From Alphaproteobacteria bacterium (GTDB lineage Bacteria; Pseudomonadota; Alphaproteobacteria; JAJTHO01; CANGYM01), in NCBI GenBank assembly GCA_044235825.1, contig JBIIHL010000020.1:4494-28493 (forward strand): a stretch of 24,000 nucleotides of DNA, written 5' to 3'. Numbering within the stretch: the first letter of the stretch is position 1; the number at the start of each line of letters is the position of its first letter. The translations under genes and the position numbers were made by a program. Shown piece after piece: positions 8,670-17,697 of this stretch. Under the pieces are notes generated by a model. The model ran no database searches. It saw nothing but the letters and a program-made list of their open reading frames with translations, and was not told the DNA's origin.

Positions 8670-9488
8670 CTAAACATAAAGACACGCACCTTCTTTGGCA
8701 AGACGAACGTGATGTCCCCATGTTTTTTCTAACGTCGCTTCCAAAGTTTTCAGATGATCATCTATGGCATCAGGGCTGTAATGAAACAGGAAAAATGTTT
8801 TTACGCCCGCTTTTTCCTGTAACCGAACCCCCTCTTGCCACGTGGAATGCCCCCACCCAATATAGGGGGTAAACTGCGTGTCGCAAAACATGCTGTCATA
8901 AATCAGACAATCACTGTTTTTGATAAAACCCACCAGATGTTCGTCGGTTTCCCCCACCGTGTGTTCGGTATCGGTGATATAACACAGGGACCCTGTCTCT
9001 GTGGGGATGCGATAGCCTGTGCTGCCCCCTGGATGATTCAGGGGGTGGGTGGCAATGGTGTGATTGCGTACTCTGACACTTTCCCCCTCGCCAAAGGCAT
9101 GAAAATGTAATGTGGCGCGAAAGGTCTCTGTGGTCACAGGGGAAAACGGGGGCGTGAGCATTTTTTTCAGCAGTCCATCCACCGTTTCCCCCGTGGCCGG
9201 TCTGGCATAAAAATGTACGGTATACGCCGGATCATACAGGGGGGCAAAAAAGGGAAGCCCCATAATATGATCCAAATGGGCATGTGATAATAAAATATGA
9301 ATGGTCCGATACCGCTTCACCAAATCCGAACGTCCCAGTTTTTGCAAACCGGATCCAGCATCCAAAATCAGCAAATCCTCCCCCAGCTCCACACTGACGC
9401 AGGACGTGTGCCCGCCGTAGTCCATAAAATCCGGCTCTGGACAGGGAATGGATCCACGCACGCCCCAAAAGGTCACGCGGGCGGTCAT
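8670..9488 (-). CDS. MBL-fold metallo-hydrolase (Lactamase_B_2-like), function unknown
   Basis: HxHxDH motif in LLSHAHLDHIMGLPFF and N-terminal VTFWGVRGSIPCP...YGGHTSCV. The ATG at 9488 overlaps the upstream gene's stop (ATGA at 9485-9488). Confidence 0.85.
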   Translation of the reverse strand: MTARVTFWGVRGSIPCPEPDFMDYGGHTSCVSVELGEDLLILDAGSGLQKLGRSDLVKRYRTIHILLSHAHLDHIMGLPFFAPLYDPAYTVHFYARPATGETVDGLLKKMLTPPFSPVTTETFRATLHFHAFGEGESVRVRNHTIATHPLNHPGGSTGYRIPTETGSLCYITDTEHTVGETDEHLVGFIKNSDCLIYDSMFCDTQFTPYIGWGHSTWQEGVRLQEKAGVKTFFLFHYSPDAIDDHLKTLEATLEKTWGHHVRLAKEGACLYV

Positions 9489-10984
9489 GCCGCAATCTCC
9501 TGCAAAACCACCTCGGTGGATTGATGGCCCCACAGACGGGGCCACGTGATCACACCCACATCGCTTTGTTTCTGCCGACGACGCACCTCTGATGTGGCAT
9601 CCGATGCATCCCCCGTCCGCTGATCCATTCTGGCCTCCGCCAAATCATCGGGGGCTTGCACCCAGAATCCGCGGAAAGCAATGCCTTCTTTTGTTAGCTG
9701 CTCTGCCAAAGCCTCCCTGCCCTCTGGCTGTAAAAAGGTTGCATCCAAAACAACATGTTGCCCCGTTTGCGCCAGCCCCAGGGCCAAGGTCTGCAGGCGA
9801 TGATAAACAGCCCTGTTTTTTTCATCGGTATAGGCCGTCTGGGGCAGAGTCTCCGTCACCGCCGCCCCATGCATCTGTTTACGCACATCATCGCTGGACA
9901 GCAAAACCGCCCCTGTTTTTTGGGAAAACGCTCGGGCCAGTGTTGTTTTCCCACTGCCGGCATAGCCCCCAAAGGCCGTCACAGAACCTTTGGAGGGTGA
10001 AATCAGAGACAGCGCCAAATCCAAATAAGCCTTGGCATCCCGCAAAAATCCCTCTTTCGCCCCTGCATCCGTCATGCCTTGGGCGATAGCCAAAGACACA
10101 TGAGAGCGAATGGCCGCCCGTATGGCCATAAACACGGGCATCAACAACAAACCCTCGATATCCCCTGTTTCCCGAATATATCTATGCTGAATCCAAAATC
10201 CCTCCCGCGCCATCCCCCGAAATTTCACATCCATCAGCAAAAACGCCAGATCATATCCCGTATCAATCTGGGCAAAGGCGTCATTAAATTCGATACAATC
10301 AAACAAAACAGGCTGGCCATCCGTGTCCACATAGATGTTTTTTAAATACAAATCCCCGTGACATTGCTTGATAAAACCAGCGGATCTCTGTTTTAAAAGA
10401 TCTTTATGCATCTCCAGCGCCGCCAGACATTGCTGCGTCAGTGCCCGTGTCTGATCGCGGGATAACGTATTGGGATAGGAGGCAAAACACCCATCATTCC
10501 CCTGCACCACCCCCACCATCATGGCGTAACCGTCAATGCCCGAAAGGGGCGCTTCGTTTTTATGAAACGCGGCAATCCCTGCGGCCAAACGTTCACACAC
10601 ATCCTCAGAAAAAGAAGCCTGTTCGGACAACAAACGGTGATCATCAAAACGATTCATCACAATGGCATAATCCACAACGGCATCCGCAGGATCCGTTGTA
10701 AAAAACAACGTCCCGTCAGGGTTCTGGGCAATCATCCGGATTTCCCGATACAGATGGGGGGCCGTGCGTTGATTCAGGGTCATTTCCCGAAAACACAGAT
10801 CGCGGCGTTTTTCTGGTGTGCTGTAATCCATGTACGGGAACAGAACCGGCTTTTTGACCTTTATGGCGATGTTGCCGCCAACGCCCACCCAAGCCCCATG
10901 GGTTTCATGAAGGGTGACAGGGCCACCGCCCTCATAATGACGGGGATCGTTTAAAAAAGCCCTCATGGCGTCTGACGTGTTCAT
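9485..10984 (-). CDS. Bifunctional aminoglycoside-phosphotransferase-like / P-loop ATP-binding protein
   Basis: The N-terminal half carries the APH/choline-kinase-like catalytic loop (CHGDLYLKNIYV). The C-terminal half carries a Walker A motif (GGYAGSGKTTLA). GAGGTG lies 6 nt upstream of the ATG at 10984. Confidence 0.85.
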   Translation of the reverse strand: MNTSDAMRAFLNDPRHYEGGGPVTLHETHGAWVGVGGNIAIKVKKPVLFPYMDYSTPEKRRDLCFREMTLNQRTAPHLYREIRMIAQNPDGTLFFTTDPADAVVDYAIVMNRFDDHRLLSEQASFSEDVCERLAAGIAAFHKNEAPLSGIDGYAMMVGVVQGNDGCFASYPNTLSRDQTRALTQQCLAALEMHKDLLKQRSAGFIKQCHGDLYLKNIYVDTDGQPVLFDCIEFNDAFAQIDTGYDLAFLLMDVKFRGMAREGFWIQHRYIRETGDIEGLLLMPVFMAIRAAIRSHVSLAIAQGMTDAGAKEGFLRDAKAYLDLALSLISPSKGSVTAFGGYAGSGKTTLARAFSQKTGAVLLSSDDVRKQMHGAAVTETLPQTAYTDEKNRAVYHRLQTLALGLAQTGQHVVLDATFLQPEGREALAEQLTKEGIAFRGFWVQAPDDLAEARMDQRTGDASDATSEVRRRQKQSDVGVITWPRLWGHQSTEVVLQEIAA

Positions 10985-11003
10985 AAAGGCACCTCTTGAT
11001 TCT

Positions 11004-11597
11004 TTAGGGATAGAGTAAGCGGGTTGTCCATGTCATGCTGCGACATTTGTCATAAACCAAACGGCGATGCAAACGGTGGGGTTGATCTTGCCAAAACTCC
11101 ATCGTTTCGGGAATTAACAAAAATCCCCCCCAATGTTCTGGACGGGGCACATCTTGGCCCCCAAAGGCCTGTGAAAAGTCAGCAAAACGTTGATTCAGAA
11201 CATCACGATGCGGCAAAGCCTGCGACTGCAAAGACGCATGCGCCCCCATTTGGCTTTCTCTGGACCGTGTTGCAAAATAGGCATCGGATACGGCGGCCTC
11301 TGTTTTCCTGACCATCCCCTCGATCCGAACCTGCAGGCGCAGGCTTTTCCAGTGAAAACACAGGCTGGCAAAGGGACGCGCCACCAGATGCTGGGCCTTA
11401 ACACTGTTGTAATTGGTGAAAAAAGAAAAACCATCTTTATCCACCTGTTTCACCAAAATGATGCGGCTGCTGGGGCGGCCCCGATGATCCACCGTGCACA
11501 GGTTGGCCGCATTGGGATCATTGATTTCGGCGGCTTCGGCGTGTTGATACCAGTTTTGAAACAGGGTAAAGGGACAGTCGGACTCTGAGATGATCAT
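11004..11597 (-). CDS. pdxH: Pyridoxamine 5'-phosphate oxidase
   Basis: RIILVKQVDKDGFSFFTNYNSVKA..L.....ASLCFHW..L..QVRIEG....E...SDAYFATRSRESQ..A.AS.QS and the C-terminal WGGF...P...EFWQ...HRLH.R matches PdxH. ATG at 11597 follows AAGGA. The longer track ORF (to 11678) would overlap the murA start. Confidence 0.92.
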   Translation of the reverse strand: MIISESDCPFTLFQNWYQHAEAAEINDPNAANLCTVDHRGRPSSRIILVKQVDKDGFSFFTNYNSVKAQHLVARPFASLCFHWKSLRLQVRIEGMVRKTEAAVSDAYFATRSRESQMGAHASLQSQALPHRDVLNQRFADFSQAFGGQDVPRPEHWGGFLLIPETMEFWQDQPHRLHRRLVYDKCRSMTWTTRLLYP

Positions 11598-11670
11598 GCT
11601 TATTCCTTGCGCTTTTGCTGCAAGAGTGTAGTGTGCATTCACAAAAGAATCAAAAGGAACTTCACCCCCC

Positions 11671-12993
11671 ATGACCATGGACCGTATGATGATTCAGGGC
11701 ACGGGAACCCCTTTGCGGGGTCAGGTGTCCATCAGCGGGTCCAAAAACGCCGCCCTGCCCATTATGGCGGCCAGCTTGCTGAGTGAAGAGCCCCTGAATC
11801 TGCTGAATGTTCCCGATTTGAACGACACCCGCGTCATGATGGACTTGCTGGGGGATATTGGGGTCCAAATCACCCTGAAACACCCCACAGATGGGGAACT
11901 GGCTCTGTCTTTAAAAGCCCCCCAAAACGCCCTGAATCCCCAATGCCCGATAGAGACCGCCCGAAAAATGCGGGCCTCTGTGATTGTGCTGGGGCCTTTG
12001 CTGGCACGCCTTGGTCGGGCCACCGTGCCTTTGCCTGGGGGCTGCCCCATCGGGGCCCGCCCTCTGGATGTTCACGAAGATGCCCTTACGGCCCTCGGGG
12101 CTGTCATTGAGTACAGGGATCAGGCCCTTTATGCTTTTTGTGAGACAGGGCTCAAAGGGGCCACCGTTCGCCTGCGCTTCCCTTCCGTTGGGGCCACGGA
12201 AAATGCCATGATGGCCGCCACTTTGGCAGAGGGGACCAGTGTTTTTCACAATGCGGCGAAGGAGCCTGAAATTGTTGATTTGGCAGATTGCCTGAATGCC
12301 ATGGGGGCCAAGGTTGAGGGGGCGGGCACAGATACCCTGACCATCCACGGGGTGCCCCGCCTGCACGGCGCCACCCACACCATCATTCCGGATCGGATCG
12401 AGGCCATGACCTATCTGATCGCCGCCGCCCTGACGCGGGGGGATGTCACGTTAACAGGGGCCAATAAGGATCATATTCAGGGGGAAATCGCGTGTCTTCA
12501 TGCCATGGGCTTTGATGTTCAGGCCATCGATGCCACCACCCTTCGCCTGAATGCAGCAGGGGCCCAGCCCAAACCGGCCCAATTCACAACCGCCCCCTAT
12601 CCTGGGTTGCCCACAGATGTTCAGGCCCAAATGATGGTGCTGATGACCAGCATTGCCGGCGAATCCCACATCACCGAAACCATTTTTGAAAACCGTTTTC
12701 AACATGTATCCGCCCTACAGGCCATGGGCGCACACATCACACAGCACGGGGAAACCTGCACCATTCAGGGTGGCTTCCCCCTGCATGGGGCGGATGTTGA
12801 GGCCACGGATTTACGGGCCTCGTCCTCTTTGGTGCTGGCAGGTTTAATGGCAAAGGGCACCACCACCGTGGGGGGCCTGCACCACCTGTACCGCGGGTAT
12901 GTGCGCCTGCCTGAAAAATTACAGGCCTGCGGGGCCAAGGTGGAGCGTCTCAGGGGGGACTCTAAGGATCACGCTGCTGGCTTAGGCTTCTAA
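11671..12993 (+). CDS. murA: UDP-N-acetylglucosamine 1-carboxyvinyltransferase
   Basis: [19 protein letters not shown]......L.NVPDL.D......LL at the N-terminus, ~440 aa and EPSP-synthase-like repeats. AAGGAA upstream of the ATG at 11671. Confidence 0.95.
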   Translation: MTMDRMMIQGTGTPLRGQVSISGSKNAALPIMAASLLSEEPLNLLNVPDLNDTRVMMDLLGDIGVQITLKHPTDGELALSLKAPQNALNPQCPIETARKMRASVIVLGPLLARLGRATVPLPGGCPIGARPLDVHEDALTALGAVIEYRDQALYAFCETGLKGATVRLRFPSVGATENAMMAATLAEGTSVFHNAAKEPEIVDLADCLNAMGAKVEGAGTDTLTIHGVPRLHGATHTIIPDRIEAMTYLIAAALTRGDVTLTGANKDHIQGEIACLHAMGFDVQAIDATTLRLNAAGAQPKPAQFTTAPYPGLPTDVQAQMMVLMTSIAGESHITETIFENRFQHVSALQAMGAHITQHGETCTIQGGFPLHGADVEATDLRASSSLVLAGLMAKGTTTVGGLHHLYRGYVRLPEKLQACGAKVERLRGDSKDHAAGLGF

Positions 12994-14000
12994 GAATCTT
13001 CCCGCAAAGTCCCCATCCCCAAATGACGAAAGGCGGCCTCTGCCAACATCCGCCCGCGAGGGGTGCGGTGGATCAGGCCCTGTTGAATTAAAAAGGGCTC
13101 AATCACGTCCTCCAGAGTGTCTTTGGCTTCGCCCAAGGCGGCCGCCAACGTTTCAATCCCCACCGGCCCCCCCTGATAATGCACGGCGATGGTGGATAAA
13201 TACCGACGATCAAAGGCATCCAGTCCCAAATCATCCACATCCAGCGCCCGCAACGTTTCATCCACATGATCCGCCGTCAAATGCGGCTGTCCGGACAGGG
13301 TATAAAAATCCCGAATCCGTCGCATCAAGCGTCCGGCGATACGGGGGGTCCCGCGTGAACGTCGGGCCACGGCCATGGCGGCCTCAGGATGCATGGACAA
13401 ATCCCACTTGGATGCGGCACGCTGCACAATGCGGCATAAATCTTGGGGTTCGTAAAATTCCAACCGGCACAAAATACCAAAACGATCCCGCAGCGGATTG
13501 GTCAGCAGGCCAGAGCGCGTCGTGGCCCCAACCAAAGTAAAGGGCTGAAGATCAATACGCAACGTCCGCGCAGAGGGCCCCTCACCCAAAACAATGTCCA
13601 GCTGAAAATCCTCCATGGCGGCGTACAAAACCTCCTCCACCTGAACCGGCAGGCGGTGGATTTCATCAATGAACAACACATCATGGGCCTGCAGATTCGT
13701 CAAAATCGCCGCCAAATCCCCACTTTTGGTCAGCAGGGGGCCCGATGTGGCTTTAAACCCCACCTCGCGCTCGTTTGCGATAATTTGGGCCAGCGTGGTT
13801 TTGCCCAAACCTGGGGGGCCATAAAATAACAAATGATCCAGCACATCCCCCCGTGCCTTCGATGCCTCAATGCAAACCTTCAGGTTATGGCACAACTGAT
13901 CCTGACCGATAAAATCCGACAAACGCTTGGGGCGCAAGGACGATACTTCATCGGGAATCTGAGGGTCCAACAGGGGGTTGCGGGCGGGGGCGGATGTCAT
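12990..14000 (-). CDS. ruvB: Holliday junction branch migration helicase RuvB
   Basis: [12 protein letters not shown], Walker [16 protein letters not shown], Walker [11 protein letters not shown], and the C-terminal [17 protein letters not shown]. Confidence 0.95.
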   Translation of the reverse strand: MTSAPARNPLLDPQIPDEVSSLRPKRLSDFIGQDQLCHNLKVCIEASKARGDVLDHLLFYGPPGLGKTTLAQIIANEREVGFKATSGPLLTKSGDLAAILTNLQAHDVLFIDEIHRLPVQVEEVLYAAMEDFQLDIVLGEGPSARTLRIDLQPFTLVGATTRSGLLTNPLRDRFGILCRLEFYEPQDLCRIVQRAASKWDLSMHPEAAMAVARRSRGTPRIAGRLMRRIRDFYTLSGQPHLTADHVDETLRALDVDDLGLDAFDRRYLSTIAVHYQGGPVGIETLAAALGEAKDTLEDVIEPFLIQQGLIHRTPRGRMLAEAAFRHLGMGTLREDS

Positions 14001-14269
14001 GGCACGCCCTTAATCTCAATAGACAACGCATGCACACGCTCTTTCAGCTCTTTTGCTAGGGCATCATAAATTAAACGATGTTGGGCCACGCGGGATAAAC
14101 CGTCAAAGGCGGGGGCGTTGATGGCAATATGAAAATGGGTCTCCCCCAAGGCATGGGCGCCGCTGTGGCCAGCGTGGTTGTGGGAATCATCCCGCACCAG
14201 CAAATAGGTGGGCTGAAACGCCTGCGTCAGGTTGTCCGTTATGCGCTGAAAATAGGGGGCGTCACTCAT
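13997..14269 (-). CDS. bolA: BolA family protein
   Basis: 90 aa with ...DDSHNHAGH.......[29 protein letters not shown]. typical of BolA. ATGA overlaps at both ends (14266-14269 and 13997-14000). Confidence 0.85.
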   Translation of the reverse strand: MSDAPYFQRITDNLTQAFQPTYLLVRDDSHNHAGHSGAHALGETHFHIAINAPAFDGLSRVAQHRLIYDALAKELKERVHALSIEIKGVP

Positions 14270-15282
14270 GCCAGATCAGACGCATAAACCGTTTTATCTC
14301 TATTGCTGTGGTGCTTATAATAATGAGCCATCATGGCCGCCACAGCGCAGGATCCAATGCGGGATTCCACCCCATCCGCACGGGACGTTAAGATAATCGG
14401 CACCCGCGCCCCCACAATCATCCCCACGGCGTAGGCGCCGGAAAGATAAATCAATTGCTTGGCCAAGATATTTCCGGCCTCTAGATCCGGCACCAGCAAA
14501 ATACCGGCATCACCAGCCACGGGGGAGAGAATGCCTTTGGTTTTGGCGGCCTCCAGATTCATGGCATTATCATAGGCCAAAGGGCCATCCAACAAAGCCC
14601 CCGTGATTTGTCCACGATCCGCCATTTTGCACAGGGCGGCAGCATCCAATGTGGATTGAATGCTGGGATTCACGGTTTCAATGGCGGAAAGAATGGCCAC
14701 CTTCACAGGGTTTTTATGATGGGTTTTAGGATGGTAATAGTGCCGCATAATATGGGCAAAATCAATGGCGTTTTGACAAATATCCCGCTTTGTCATCAGG
14801 TCTGGATAAATGTTCACGGCGGCGTCTGTCACGATAAAGGGCCGGTGATACCCATCCACAGACATCAAAAAAACGTGACTGATGCGGCGTTCGGTGCGCA
14901 GGCCGGTTTCTTTTTTCACAACCTCGCCCATCAATTCGTCGGTGTGCAGGCTGCCCTTCATGATGGCATCGATATTTCCCGCACGCACCAGTTCAACCGT
15001 TTTTTTGGCCGATGCATGGCTGTGGGACGTATCCACGATTTCATAGGGGCTCAGGTCAATATCGCATGCCTGCGCCACCTGATGAATTTTGGATTGGGGG
15101 CCAATCAGGATGGGTACGATCAGGCCCACCTCGGCTGCCTCGATGGTGCCCCGCAAAGAGGTTTCGCTGCAGGGGTGACACACTGCCGTGCGCACAGCCT
15201 CAAGACCTTGACAAAGGTCCATAAGCATTTCATATCCTCTTTTGGGATCATATCCTTTTAGGGATGTGCGTTTCATCGTCAT
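14266..15282 (-). CDS. Phosphate acetyl/butyryl-transferase family protein (PTA_PTB)
   Basis: ...AAEVGLIVPILIGP...I.......IDAIMKGSLHTDELM....ISHVFLM......RPFIVTDAAVNI.P......DI..NAI....... and the C-terminal ILLVPDLEAGNILAKQL...GA.AVGMIVGARVPIILTSRADG match the family. AAGGA upstream of the ATG at 15282. Confidence 0.85.
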   Translation of the reverse strand: MTMKRTSLKGYDPKRGYEMLMDLCQGLEAVRTAVCHPCSETSLRGTIEAAEVGLIVPILIGPQSKIHQVAQACDIDLSPYEIVDTSHSHASAKKTVELVRAGNIDAIMKGSLHTDELMGEVVKKETGLRTERRISHVFLMSVDGYHRPFIVTDAAVNIYPDLMTKRDICQNAIDFAHIMRHYYHPKTHHKNPVKVAILSAIETVNPSIQSTLDAAALCKMADRGQITGALLDGPLAYDNAMNLEAAKTKGILSPVAGDAGILLVPDLEAGNILAKQLIYLSGAYAVGMIVGARVPIILTSRADGVESRIGSCAVAAMMAHYYKHHSNRDKTVYASDLA

Positions 15283-15354
15283 GGGGATATCCTTGACTTT
15301 TTTCCCTTGGATCCCAACTATACTGGAAATTCATCGATCAGCAAGAGGTTATCC

Positions 15355-17697
15355 ATGGTTTTACGGGTTTTGGCATGGGCATTGCTCGGGATTGTTGTCC
15401 TGCTTGGCATCGGGCTTTACAGCATAAACGATGTGATCAAAGCCCCCTATATCCGCGATCAGATTGTGGCGCAGGTCCAAAAAGCCACCGGACGCACCCT
15501 GACCATAAACGGCGACATGGCCATTCATTGGGGACTGTCCCCACGCCTGAGCCTGAATGGCATAAGCCTGAGCAATGCCCCCTTTGACACCACCGGCCCG
15601 ATGGTGCAGGCTAAAACAATCGACCTGAACATTGCCTTTCTTCCTTTAATTTTTGGGGATGTGGTCGTTGATGGGCTGGATGTGGGGGGGATGACTGTGC
15701 GCCTGACCATTGATCCCAAGGGCAACACCAACTGGACACTCTCCCCCCCTGCCCCGCAACAGACCCCAAATACCGATGCCCAAGCCCCCGCATCCTCTGC
15801 AAAACCCCCCGCAGCCCCCCATCTGGTGATCCGCAATCTGTCCATTCGGGACAGCGTTGTTCTTTTCACCGATCAACGGACCAACACAACGACACAGGAA
15901 ACGCTGGACATTGCCAACCTGACCCTAGAGGGCCAGACCAAAGGGCACCGTTTCTCTCTGACAGGGGGATTGCGCCAAACCCCGCTGAGTCTTTCGGGGA
16001 CGATTCAGGACAGTCTGGCCCTGTTGTCCCGCACGGGACAAAGCCCCCTCACCCTGAAAGGCACGCTGGCCGATGTGGGATTTACGGCCGCGGGCATCAT
16101 CACAAAACATCTGGGGGCACTCAGCAAAGCCGAGGGCACCCTGACCCTGAACGCATCCGCTTGGCCCAAGGCGTTTCCGTCGCCGGATCTGCCGCCCATG
16201 ACCATGAAAACGGGGATTTTGTATACGCCGGAATCCGTGACATGGACGCAAGGGGAGATCACCAGCCTGGGGGCCACCGTCACCAGCAACGGCACGTACC
16301 GTTTGAAAGAGGGATCCTTTGATGGGGCCATTCAGGTGGCGTCTTCGGGATCTGCCGATCTGGCCACACGATTTCAGGTGCCTTTGTTGCAAAAGCCCCT
16401 GTCTGTCAAAGGCCGCCTTCAGAAAAAAGGGGACGTCATCACGTGGGGCAAGGTGAAGGGCACACTGGGCACCGCCACGACGGTTGAAAGCGACGGGACC
16501 CTGCGCTGGCCACAGGGGGCCGCCGTCCCCACGTTGGTGCAGGCGGATATACGCAGCCCTCTGGTGGTGCTGGCGGATCTGCAAACACCGGCCCCTGCCC
16601 CTGCTGCGCCCTCTGGGGCATCGGCGTTGCCTGAAAACGCCGCGCAAAACGATGCCGCCCCCACACCCAAGCCCGCGCCTGCCCCCGCCTCTTGGCGGCA
16701 GATCACCCTGTATCCCACCCCGTGGTCTGGTCTGCGCGGTGTGATCACGGTCAGTCTGGATCATGTTCGGGAAACGGCAGAGGCAGGGGATCTGTTGACC
16801 CAAGTCACCCTACGCGCCACCCAACAGGACGCCTTGGCCATGGAGGGTCGGGGGCGTTTTTATCAGGATGGGGGGATGACCTTTTCGGCCTCTTTAACGC
16901 CGCAGCCGCAGGGCCCCAAACCCACAACCCCACCCAAGGCAACCTTGGCCATGCTGCTGAATGTCACCCATCCCAATGTGGGGGCCTTGCTGAAAACAAC
17001 CGGCCTGACCTCTGCGATGCAGGGGGGGGGCAGTCACCTTTTGGCCAATGTCCAGGGCACCGGCCACACCCCTCAGACGGTGCTGGCCACCCTTTCTGGG
17101 GATGTCACCTTGGGCATGGGGCCGGCCACGGTTCAAAGCGAAGCCCTGCTTTCCTCCTTTGTGTCCGGTGATTTGGCGCGGGCTCTGCTGGGGGATCAAA
17201 AAACGCTGCCCCTCTCTTGCATCGCCACAAACTGGCCCTTTGTTCAGGGGGTGGCCACCACCCCCGTGACGCTGCTGGAAAGCCCCGCCGTGCGGGTATG
17301 GGGAACGGGCACCATCACTCTGGGCTCCAGCACCGTGGCCATGACCTTAACCCCCACGCCCAAAGACCCCCTGCTGGCGACCTTGGCGGTGCCGGTATCG
17401 GTTACGGGACCTTTGGATGCGCCCCGCGCCTCTTTGGGCAAGCAAGGGGTGGAAACCCTGACAAACACCGTGTTGTCCCTGATTCAAAACAAAGGGAAAC
17501 TGCCCGCCGCCCCCCTGCCCGCCAACGACGACATCTGCGCCAAGGTCCTGATTCCGCTGAAGGATGGGCGGTTTGAGGTGCGGGGGGTTAGTAACTCATC
17601 CCTCCCTCAAACCGCGCCTGAAGAACAGCCCTCTCAGAAGACCCACCCCCTGAAGAAGAAGGAGATTCTTGAGGGGTTGCGGGGGTTGTGGAGGTAG
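15355..17697 (+). CDS. AsmA family outer-membrane biogenesis/lipid-transport-like protein
   Basis: An N-terminal signal-anchor (VLRVLAWALLGIVVLLGIGLY) is followed by ...IRDQIVAQVQKATGRTLTINGDMAIHWGLSPRLSLNGISLSN, typical of the AsmA N-domain, then a long beta-rich body. ATG at 15355 has AAGAGG 6 nt upstream; the track start at 15307 is TTG. Confidence 0.8.
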   Translation: MVLRVLAWALLGIVVLLGIGLYSINDVIKAPYIRDQIVAQVQKATGRTLTINGDMAIHWGLSPRLSLNGISLSNAPFDTTGPMVQAKTIDLNIAFLPLIFGDVVVDGLDVGGMTVRLTIDPKGNTNWTLSPPAPQQTPNTDAQAPASSAKPPAAPHLVIRNLSIRDSVVLFTDQRTNTTTQETLDIANLTLEGQTKGHRFSLTGGLRQTPLSLSGTIQDSLALLSRTGQSPLTLKGTLADVGFTAAGIITKHLGALSKAEGTLTLNASAWPKAFPSPDLPPMTMKTGILYTPESVTWTQGEITSLGATVTSNGTYRLKEGSFDGAIQVASSGSADLATRFQVPLLQKPLSVKGRLQKKGDVITWGKVKGTLGTATTVESDGTLRWPQGAAVPTLVQADIRSPLVVLADLQTPAPAPAAPSGASALPENAAQNDAAPTPKPAPAPASWRQITLYPTPWSGLRGVITVSLDHVRETAEAGDLLTQVTLRATQQDALAMEGRGRFYQDGGMTFSASLTPQPQGPKPTTPPKATLAMLLNVTHPNVGALLKTTGLTSAMQGGGSHLLANVQGTGHTPQTVLATLSGDVTLGMGPATVQSEALLSSFVSGDLARALLGDQKTLPLSCIATNWPFVQGVATTPVTLLESPAVRVWGTGTITLGSSTVAMTLTPTPKDPLLATLAVPVSVTGPLDAPRASLGKQGVETLTNTVLSLIQNKGKLPAAPLPANDDICAKVLIPLKDGRFEVRGVSNSSLPQTAPEEQPSQKTHPLKKKEILEGLRGLWR

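Noticed and set aside
14608-15261. 217-aa plus-strand ORF antisense to the PTA/PTB gene
   Set aside because: Shadow ORF with His/Gly-rich nonsense composition. The minus-strand frame carries the family motifs.
16570-16700. Pro/Ala-rich stretch in AsmA (TPAPAPAAPSGASALPENAAQNDAAPTPKPAPAPA)
   Set aside because: It is a low-complexity linker at the protein level. At the DNA level it is not a regular tandem repeat array.
15925-16803. 292-aa minus-strand ORF inside asmA, plus the other ORFs at 15525-17576 on both strands
   Set aside because: These are Arg/Gly/Pro-rich shadow ORFs typical of the antisense or off-frames of GC-rich coding DNA. The AsmA frame has recognisable family features and spans the whole region.
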